The notes beneath the pieces are model-generated. The model had not been told where the DNA came from. It ran no database searches and worked only from the letters and a program-made list of their open reading frames with translations. A stretch of 64,000 nt of DNA from Marsupella aquatica (Eukaryota > Plantae > Marchantiophyta). Positions 54,860 to 64,000 of the stretch are shown in pieces. The stretch is from positions 17,278,170 through 17,342,169 of the forward strand of contig OZ316895.1 in assembly GCA_973895155.1 (NCBI GenBank), read 5' to 3'. Positions within the stretch are counted from its first letter, which is position 1. Each line of letters begins with the position of its first letter. Made by a program: the position numbers and the translations under genes.

Positions 54860-55540
54860 CCAGAGAGAATATTATTGGATACTGGTGCTCAGGCCTTGAT
54901 GTTGGGAAAGTTTACCATACGTGGATTGGGATTGCTTCTAGAGGATTTGGAGGATTGTCTCTTTCCCATTCAGACTTCATTGGGGGACCTACACCTACAC
55001 AGCATATCAGTAGGAGACTGTTGAGCATAGACAACATTTGCAACGGCAAGCCCATGAACCATCCAACGCACAAGAGTCGACACAGAGAGATACGTGGTTC
55101 ACCTCCACATGAGACTACATCCACGGGGACACACAAGAGCTTTACTGCACTCTAGGGCGACCGGTCATACTAAGCATCCACAGCTCAAGCTCTCCCTATC
55201 TCTCAACTAGCTCTGTAACAATGAGCCTAAGTTCCATCCAGGGTTTGGCATCAGCCCTGGCTATATGCACAACAACACTACCGCTAACATTAGCTAAGTC
55301 CTAACCCAAGTTAGACTAACTGTGGTTAGCTCATGAGTCACAAGACTATAGCAATATCTAATAGAGACCACTTGATTTGAGGATTCAAGAAGGTCATGCT
55401 ACAGATAGCTCACAGATACAGGCGCGAGCTATTTTGACTAAGGCAGAGTCATATGATGTGTTGGTGGGATGTACGATGCTCTACCCCATGGGATTTATTC
55501 TTGATTTTTGGGATGAATCAGTGTCATATAGACCTGATTG
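54860..55540 (+). pseudogene. Aspartic protease domain split by a solo LTR
   Basis: ILLDTGAQ (DTG at 54878-54886) and, after the insert, YDVLVG. Confidence 0.85.
55019..55363 (-). mobile_element. Solo LTR, 345 bp, with 5-bp TSD GAGAC
   Basis: GAGAC at 55014-55018 and 55364-55368; excision restores ...QHISRRPLDLRIQEG; homologous to LTRs at 4.5 kb and 37 kb. Confidence 0.9.
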
Positions 55541-55940
55541 GCAGTCAGGAGATGCTCGATTGAGCAGGTTGCCAGTGAGATTTAGTGGACCTGTGGGAGG
55601 CCCTAAATCCACACTCTTGTCTTTGGCATCATTCAGTGGTGTAATTACTAGACCTGATGATTTGATTGAGGGTAATGCGCATGCAACAGATGTTCCACCA
55701 TTGGAGGAGTCACATGAGGAACAGATCATGCAGGGATTACCTGTTGGCAGTGTGGCGCCACCAGTGTGGGGCACTGGACAGGCCTTGCCACAGGAAGCAG
55801 CACGATTGGTACATGACGCATGGCGTCATGCTTTTACTCCACAGTCAGGAGCAAAGCAGTCTCTTCCAGATGGACCGGTAACTCTTTCACCATTGAATAC
55901 CACTCCTATTGCTTGGCAGTATCCACCAGAGGGTATTTGC

Positions 55941-56870
55941 TTGTTGGATCTATTTGGTGGGATTAGTACTAGATTGGCTGTTGCTCTTCAGGCAGGAATT
56001 CCTGTGCATTGCTATTTGTATGTGGAGACAGATGAGATAGCACGGAGGGTCTCATTGCGGCATGTGGCTATGTTGGTGGATAGATATCCATAGTTGCTGC
56101 CAGTGGATGTTGTTTGTGGTTATCAGCATGCACTACCTGCTGATATTTCATTGCTGGGGGCGGATCATCTGCATCATGTTGATCCCATTGATTTGGTGAT
56201 TGTTGGTTGGCCATGTTAGGGCCAACCAACAATTGGTGTTGGGCATGGACTTCATGATCCACGCTCTGCATTATTTTGGAAGATGTTACGGGTGCTGCGT
56301 CATCTCCAGCTACATCAGACACAGTCTCCAACATACATTTTGGAGAATGTACCATTATTAGGTGACGATCGTAGTCGGATTGTTGCCAGTGTTCACCAGG
56401 TGAGGTCTTGGATGGACCTGCTGTGTTATTGGATGCTGCACGTGTGGGTTCTCGTGCACATTGTCCATGCTTGTGGTGGACTAATTTGATCTCATGTGAG
56501 GTGCTGAAGCGCGCATTTGACAGCATTCCACGCTCACCAGCCTTAGTGGTGGATGATATTTTGGATCCAAGGCGTTGTGCACAGCGTGTGACCCAACCTG
56601 ATAGACCTCCATTGGCAGTGGTCAATGCAATTGGGCGCCCATGTTGTGCGTTACCCACTCTTGTAAGCCACTCTGCTTCATATACATTGAGAGCAAGTGG
56701 CCCTGGACTTGTGTGCGTGGGACACAACTCTCCAGTAGTTAGTGGAGCCTACTGCTGATGAGAGGGAGCGTGCTATAGGATTTTTGACAGGCACCACTGT
56801 AGTTGCCTCGGTCCTTGGTCAAGCAATGGATTTGAACTATTTGACTTGGATTGTCAGCTTGGGAGTAGCT
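55941..56870 (+). pseudogene. C5-cytosine DNA methyltransferase domain (DNMT3/DRM-like) within retrotransposon pol
   Basis: Motif I LDLFGGIS (from 55944), IV GWPC (56205-56216), VI ENV (56343-56351), VIII RAHCPCLWWTN, IX ERERAIGF, X LGQAMD, in canonical order; N-terminal part in frame with the protease. Confidence 0.9.
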
Positions 56871-57239
56871 GAACAGTTGCGGATGCGCTCTGCTAGTGTT
56901 ACTGATCGTCCATTAGTGAGCTTGCGGTCCATTGAGACAGTGATGACCACAACTTGGGACAACAGTCCATGGACCTATGGAAGGATTGGCCAAGGCTGGA
57001 CAGATTGTTGAGCATGAAGGGACTGCTCAATCTACTGCTAAATAGCAATCATCGACTATCTCTTCTACCCTACAAAGAGATATTAGGGATTTGGTGGAGA
57101 GTTGGGAATCACAGCTTGGCCCTAAGTTGACAGGGGAGGAGAGACGTCGCATGCATCAATTCTTGAAGAGTTACTGGAATTGTTTTGCATTTAGCATGAA
57201 GGATTTGGGGACATTAAGGGCCCTGGTATTCAGATTGAA

Positions 57240-58530
57240 TTGGCTAGTGATGCGCCAATCTTTCGTAGACCATACCATTATAATGACATGGAGAGAGCTC
57301 TGATTCAAAGCAGAACTCAAGATTTGTTGGAGGCTGGATTGGTGGAGATTTCATATGGGGAGTATGCATCTGCCACAGTGATGCCAGCCAAGAAAGATGT
57401 GCATGGCAATTACACAGATAGACGCATGTGTGGTGATTACAGACCTATTAATCGCCACACAAAATCTGATCGATATGCCATGCCCACACCTAAGGAGATC
57501 TTTGATGCTGTGGGGCATGCAAAGGTTTTCAGTTCATTGGATCTTAGGACAGGGTACCATCAACTTCCAATTAGGCATGCTGACAGGTCCAAGATAGCAT
57601 TCTGAGGATTGATTCTTATGGCAAAGATCGTTTGTATCAATGGTTGTTCTTACCATTTGGGTTGAAGAATGCACCAGCTGAGTTCCAGAGAGTCATGGAT
57701 CGAATCCTCGGAGGTTTGGATTTTGTTAGATGTTATATTGATGATATTCTGGTCTATTCTTCTACTGTGGAAGAACATCAGCACTACTTGCAGATTGTGT
57801 TGGAGAGATTGAGAGCACATGGGTTGAAGCTCCATCCTGGCAGCCAAGTGTAAGTTCTTCCAAGACCAGATTGAGTATTTGGGCCACACTATATACCCAG
57901 GGGGATTGGGTGTACAACAGACTAAAGTGGAGGCCATTACACAGATTTCTCATCCTACTGATGTGAGCAGAGTTCGTGCATTCTTGGGATTGGCGAGCTA
58001 CTACAGGAGGTATGTTAAAGGATTTAGCCAGCTTGCTAAACCTTTAACCATACTCACTAAGTTGGATCAGGAATGGACTTGGGGTGAACCAGGAGCATGC
58101 CTTTCAGGAGTTGAAGCAAAGGTTGGCATCATCCCCTATTTTGAGAAGACCCATTTCAGGTAGACCATTTCAGCTACACACTGATTGGAGTGGAGTAGGA
58201 CTTGGAGCAGTGCTGACTCAGAAGGATGATGAAGGGCATCAGGTTGTTGTGGCTTATGCCAGTAGATCAAACAATTCAACAGAGGCTAAGTACAGCTCTT
58301 ATGAGGGAGAGTGTTTGGCAGCAGTGTGGGCTGTGGCACACTTCCGTTGTTACTTGTTTGGTAATCCTTTCACTTTGATCACTGATCATCAGCCTCTCAA
58401 GTGGTTAATAGAGTCTGACAAGCTTACTGGGAAGCTTGCAAGATGGGCATTGTTGTTGCACAAATATGATTTCCAGGTTGTACATAGACCTGGAAAGGTA
58501 AACTTGGATGCAGATGGGTTGAGCCGCAAC
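57240..58530 (+). pseudogene. pol: Reverse transcriptase and RNase H
   Basis: RMCGDYRPIN, LDLRTGYHQ, LPFGLKNAP, YIDD (57734-57745), LHTDWSGVGLGAVL, ADGLSR. Confidence 0.95.
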
Positions 58531-58899
58531 CCATGTACCAGTCAGCAGGATGAGACTGGAGCCAGATGGCATGATGAGTCAGATAAGGAGATGGTGTCAG
58601 GATGACATGCATCTGTCTTTCTTTGTTGGGTGCCAGCATACAGTGGATCTGTGGACTCTACCTCATTGGATGGAGTGGATGATGAGTCTTCAAATGTGGA
58701 TGCTAGTGAGGTAACTTCTGGACAACAAGATATTCACAATGATGTGAGAGTGTTGGAATATCTGCGTAGTGGTTCTATTGTTGGCAGTGTTGATGCCAAG
58801 GAGCATGACAGGGTTTTGCAAAGAGCCAAGAGGTTTCGATGGGAAGGAAACCATCTTCTGAGAGTACTGCATGATGGTAGGGTGTTGGTGGTACCAAAA

Positions 58900-60162
58900 C
58901 CATCACAACGAGTACATTTGGTGCGACATGCGCACGAGGAGTTGGGTCACTTTGGTGTGAAGCGCACTTATAGCTTGGTGTAGACACAATATTGGTGGCG
59001 TGGTATGCACACTCATGTCCAGCGGTTGATAGCTAAGTGTGTGGTATGTGATAGAGTGAGAGCATCATTTAATGCTCCCACTCCCTAGTTGCACCCGTTA
59101 CCGATCATGGGTTTGGGATATCGTTGGAGTTTGGATTTTGCTGATCCATTACCTCTTACCCAACGTCATAATCAGTATGTTTTGGTCATGGTGGAGCACT
59201 TGTCCAAGTGGATTGAGCTAGTGGCGTTGCCAGATAAAGCCAGTGGAGGAGTTGCTGCTACATTTTTGGATTGTGTACTTAGTCATTTTGGAGCACCAGC
59301 TGAGGTGTTGACTGATCAGAGAACTGAGTTCCGTGGAGAGTTCAAGAGTTTGTGTGAACGAGCTCTAATTGATCATCGTACTACCTCTCATGATCATCCT
59401 GAGCCAGATGGATTAGTTGAGAGAGTTGTGCAAACTTTGAAGAGAGGATTGCGTAAGTATGGCTTGCATCTGGGAGATTGAGATCTCTAGCTACCTTGGT
59501 TAGCTATGGGTTATCGTTTTAGTCGGCAAGCATCACTTGCATCCTTCTCACCTTACTTTTTACTCGATGGTAGAGAGCCAGATTTGCCAACAACTATTCG
59601 TCGTGATGCTGCATCAGTTGTGAACTTGGATGATCCTGATGTTTGGGTCAAGGTGTGTTCAGAGAGAGCACGGGTATTTCAACAAGTGATGCCCATGGCT
59701 TTTGACAACCTTGCCATTGCCCAACATCGTGATACTTTGAGGTATGCCACTATTCGTGGAGGAGGTTATCGTGCAAGCATTTGATGATTTCATCCTGGTG
59801 ATTATGTTTATTTGTAGCAGACAGCATCCACGACACTTGATGTGACCGCAGACCGGACAATCTTACGTGTGCATGAAGTGTTGCCTTCTGGTGTCCTGAT
59901 GTTGGAGGGGCGCGATGGTATGGTTTGGAAGGATCATGTGCGCAATTGTGCACCATGTCACCTTCCCAACATTGATGGTACAGTAGATCCAAGCCTGGCA
60001 CATGTTCGTGCTAGCTTGAAATATATGTTGTGTGGATCTGCTCAGGGAGCAGCTACTATGTTGATTTGTGATAAGTGTTCTAGAGGATGGCACATGTCAT
60101 GTTTGACACCACCATTGTAGGTGATTCCTAGTGGATCATGGTTGTGTCCTCAGTGTCGATGA
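58900..60162 (+). pseudogene. Integrase (HHCC, DDE) with C-terminal PHD finger
   Basis: HEELGHFG...CVVC; SLDF, LTDQ, GLVER; PHD YMLC...MLICDKCSRGWHMSCLTPPL*VIPSGSWLCPQCR* at ~60020-60162. Confidence 0.9.
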
Positions 60163-60470
60163 ATCCGACTAGTTATCAGTTGTGTTCTCTTGGAAGATAT
60201 GGATTGCAGGTTGGTGATTGATGGGCTTCACTTGCACCCGACCTCCTGATCTTCACACCTAACAAGGTGTATATCAACCTTGTAGAACTCATGGCTAGCT
60301 AGAAGGGGACCTTACTCCCAGCTAGGGGGGCGATTGTGGGTTTTGGACATGTGTGGACATGAGTTCCACTTGTATTCCATTCTCTTGTGTTTGTGATGTG
60401 GCAGTGTGACTATGTCTGGATGTATGTGACAAGCAATGTATGTTGTGTAACGATGTGTATGCGCACGACA

Positions 60471-62336
60471 AGGCTCCCAACTCGCGACTGCCTTCCTTGA
60501 CTCTCTGCCACCCCCTTGCCTCGACACCCAACGCAACTCCTTGCCTTGAGGCTTGCCTCAAACCGGGCCTCAAACTCAACTCCCTCCCTTGAAGCCTGCC
60601 TAGCCTCAAAGCCCTGCCTCGACGCTGCCTCAAAGCCCTGCCTCAACTCCCTGACTCACAAGTCAACTCCCGACTCCCTACGACGATAAGGGGGCAACAA
60701 GGGAGCAATGAGGCAATGATTGGGACCAGCCTGGGGTGGGAGCGACGGAGGGAGCCTTGATGGAGGGAGTGACAAAGGGAGCGACTCGGAGGGAGCAACG
60801 ATGGAGAAGCAAGCGGAGAGGGAGCAACGATGGGTGACAACAAGGGAGTGATGACAGGGGAGAGCAACAAGGGAGCGGTGACAATGACAAGTCTGGGGAC
60901 AACCCTGGCCCTTGCCTGGACCCAACATCCCGGGTGGAATGAAACTCGAGACCCCAGGGTCCCATCCCCAACCCTAAGTCAAATTCATGCCCCGGGTTCC
61001 AACTCCCCGACAAGCCCTTGGTTGCCATGATCACTTGCCACCCTATTTAGAACTCAAATACGCATGGGTTGGGGTCCAAACCATCGGGACCAAATGTGGT
61101 CCAGGGCGCAATGTCCTCAGAAGTATATATGAAGGGACCACCTCTTCTCAAATATCCAATTATATTGAACGGACAGTTTTACAAACCACACCACCACCCC
61201 AAGGGTGCATGGTGTTCGAGAGTAAGGAGCCAAGTAAATTTGGATGCGGTTACCAAAGGGGTTCCATGCAAAGGGTAGGAAAAGGTCTGTTGAAAAGTGG
61301 GCTGAGTTGTGCTGTTGCCCCAAGGGGTTGCAGCATTGGGGCAGCTAAAAGCCAAGTAAGCAACCTAGGGCGACTTTAAGAAATTAAACTAAGCTTAAAG
61401 TAACAAAAATTGGGGTTTGAGGATGTAAGTTGTGACCAAAAAGGGCTGTTGAAAAGTCAGCCAAGTTGTGCGGTCGCCCCAAGGGGTCTTGGCATTGGGG
61501 CGGCCAAAGCTAAGTAAGTGATTGGGGGCAACTTTAACCAAAATTTGGGTTACCAATGGGATTCCAGGATGCAAGGGGTAGGAAAAAGAATCATTGAAAA
61601 GTCAGGCAAGCAGTACCATTATCCCGAAGGGCCTTGGCATTTGGGCAGCCAAAGCCAAGGAGGTGGTCGCAACGATTTTAAGTTCAAAAGCCTATAGTAT
61701 CCAGAAAGTTGGGCTTACCAATGGGGTTTCAAGATGCAAGGGGTAGCATAACGACATCATTGGCAGCACAACATCTATTTCCTTGACGATGACTTCTTAC
61801 TTGATGACATATTGGGCAACACAGCATCCCTTTTCTTCACAACATCTTTTATCTTAATGACATCTTGAGCCATGACATCTTGGGCGCCACAATATCTTTT
61901 TTTATTAACGACATCTTGGGCGACACAACTTCTTTTCTCTTAACACAACATCTTAGGTGACACGACATCTTTTTCTCTATCATAATGACATCCCGGGCAC
62001 CACAACATCTTTTTTATTAATGACATCTTAGGCAGGACAACTTCTTTTCTCCTAACACAACATCTTAGGCGACTTGACATCTTTTTCTCTATGACATCTT
62101 GGGTGACACGACATCTTGGGCGAGACTACATCATTTTTCTCAACAACTTCTTGGCCGACACAACATCCTTTGTCGCAACCACTTCTTGGCCGACACAACA
62201 TCTCTTTTCTCAATGGCATCTTGGCCGACACGACATCTTTTTTCTAAATGACATCTTGGCCGACACAACATCTTTTTTCTAAATGACGTCTTGGCTGACA
62301 CGACATCTTTTGTGCAACGCACGGGTATTGAGCTAG
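60471..62336 (+). mobile_element. Non-autonomous Helitron-like 3' portion with internal tandem repeats
   Basis: Ends TGTGCAACGCACGGG-TATTGAG-CTAG|T (CTAG at 62333-62336); ~170-bp degenerate repeats at 61250-61750. Confidence 0.65.
61750..62310. repeat. Degenerate minisatellite, ~37-bp unit GACATCTTGGCCGACACAACATCTTTTTTCTAAAT
   Basis: More than 10 visible copies of the ACATCTT core, becoming more regular toward the 3' end. Confidence 0.9.
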
Positions 62337-63236
62337 TATACCATAATGCCCTCGAAACAATCTCTTTAGTGATTTTTTTTTTGTATGTTTGAGTGTATTA
62401 ATTTTTCAAAAACCTCCCTCGGGATTCTGAGAAACACGATAAATGTAGGAAAGATAAAATCCAAATATGGTTTTATCATATAAAACAAAATCATAAATTC
62501 TATCAAAGATCAGAAGATGTTTTTTTAACCTCTTTCATGTTTTTGGCCAAATTGTATAACAACCACTTATCACATGATCCTTTAACTTTAATTGTCTATT
62601 TTAGAGATCCATTGTTTAGTCTCTAATATGTAACAATCACTCAAGTTTCTAGCTTCAATTTTCTATTTTAGAGATCCATTTTTTCTTGTCTAGTATATAA
62701 TAATCCCTCAAGTTTTTAAGTAAATTAATGTTCGAGTTACAAGCATTGTGAGAATAATGTCTCTCAAAGTAGGGCTACCTTTCTCAACTTTTGGGGCATT
62801 ATATCTCAGATGTCCAGATGCCCTCTAACCAGGACATTATACTATTCATTAAATCTTACATTTATCGTGGCATGTCACTTATTGAGGTTGCACTTATCGA
62901 AGTCTGACTGTGATTTACGCACTGTATCATTCTATCCATCTAAATCTGCAGTGCCCTGTCGTCACGAGTCTATCACTGCCCATCCGCCCTTCATCCACTT
63001 GTAATCGCAGCAGCAGCAGCAGTAGAGAAACCTTGTAGCTGGACGCAGAAGATCTCAGCTGCACGAGGAGGAAAGAGGGAAGAGGAAAGGAGACCGGCGA
63101 AATGTGCTTTGCTGGGCCTGAGGATTAGCGGAGGAGACGAGGCTTTGCATTTCGGAGCAGAGCGACTCTGTTTTTGATTTCGTCGGAGCTCTTGTTATTG
63201 TTGCTCTTGTTATTGTTGCTGTTGTTGTTGTTGGAG

Positions 63237-63399
63237 ATGGCCGCGGTTTCAGCTACGATCGTGGGTGCTGCTCTCGGATCCGTTGCGTCGCGCCGGACGG
63301 CTGCAAGCCAGGTGGGGATCTCGACCGGAGGCCATAGCCAGTGCTCTTTGAGAGATTCGAGGCCTGTTCGGTGCCGTTCCCCAATTGTTTCCAGTTCAG
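63237..63399 (+). CDS. First exon of a probable plastid-targeted protein (partial)
   Basis: MAAVSATIVGAALGSVASRR... Ser/Ala/Arg-rich transit-peptide-like sequence; donor CAG|GTGGGT; (TTG)n tract in the 5' UTR. Confidence 0.6.
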
Positions 63400-64000
63400 G
63401 TGGGTTTCGGGTGGTGATTATCTACTGTTGTAGAAGAGTCTCTGGTTGGAGAGAATGAGCTCCACGAGAAGCTTTTCTGTGGTCTGCGTGGGAGTAATGC
63501 TTGATCTAGAATGTATGGCGTTGTCATCTGTGAAGACGTCTTTCTTGCTACCTGTCTGCAATCTGTGTTGGGCTGTGCGTGTTGTATTATAGAAATTGGT
63601 TTTCCGAGTGTAATTTATAACTGTGAAGACTGCCCCGGATATAGAAACTATGACAGGCCTTGGAAGCTTCAGAGGTAAAACTCAGGGCCTGTGTATTTCT
63701 CTCGAGACTGTGGTGGAAGTGTCGCAATGTTCGTGACGCTCAGATTTCTGGTTCTTTTTGCGAGCTCGATCTCGTAGTGTCAGGTCTTTGAAGGCTTCTG
63801 AGTCTTGTTTACATCTCTTCGTATTTTTTGTGTGGACTAACTTGGCGGCGTATATCTTCTTAGAGAGCTAGACTTGCATGAAGACCTCCAAGACTGGTTT
63901 AGAGTAATGAAATCTGGTAACAATGTTCACACTGTTACTTCAACGACGTGCCTTATCCTAAACAATTTCTGGCTTCGTTATGTCTTCAGCCAAGACTCCT

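Larger units (their letters stand above)
49554..60470 (+). mobile_element. Decayed Ty3/gypsy retrotransposon, order gag-PR-DNMT-RT-RH-INT-PHD, with nested insertions
   Basis: Domain motifs listed in the sub-features; TGTC...GACA termini flanked by AGGC (49550-49553 and 60471-60474); PPT AGGGGGG at ~60324-60330 followed by TG at 60335. The ends are less certain than the domains. Confidence 0.85.

Noticed and set aside
61750-62310. CRISPR-like array
   Set aside because: Units are degenerate copies without unique spacers; eukaryotic context and no cas genes.
63174-63236. Poly-Leu signal-peptide-like N-terminus
   Set aside because: Translation of a (TTG)n microsatellite from a non-ATG start; the likely ATG is at 63237.

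Overview
Eukaryotic, intron-containing plant nuclear DNA. The gene content and the Gag type suggest an early-diverging land plant (bryophyte, probably liverwort); this is inference. Host genes: a TORNADO1-like LRR-ROC-COR GTPase (minus, runs off the left edge), 60S acidic ribosomal protein P0 (minus, 5 exons, one apparent 10-bp frameshift) head-to-head with frataxin (plus, 5 exons), a DEK chromatin protein (minus), an orphan protein with a duplicated Cys-rich module, and the first exon of a probable plastid-targeted protein at the right edge. The intergenic space is transposon debris: LTRs and a solo LTR, a Tourist-like MITE, Helitron ends, LINE tails and tandem duplications. The most notable feature is a decayed ~11-kb Ty3/gypsy retrotransposon (49.5-60.5 kb). 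Its pol carries a C5-cytosine DNA methyltransferase domain between protease and RT and a PHD finger after integrase, and its 5' region holds a 5S-rRNA-derived segment. Other leads are structured blocks, a C/D snoRNA candidate and a possible poison exon in the RPLP0 introns, and a pre-miRNA-like hairpin in a DEK intron. All alignments and folds were done by eye.
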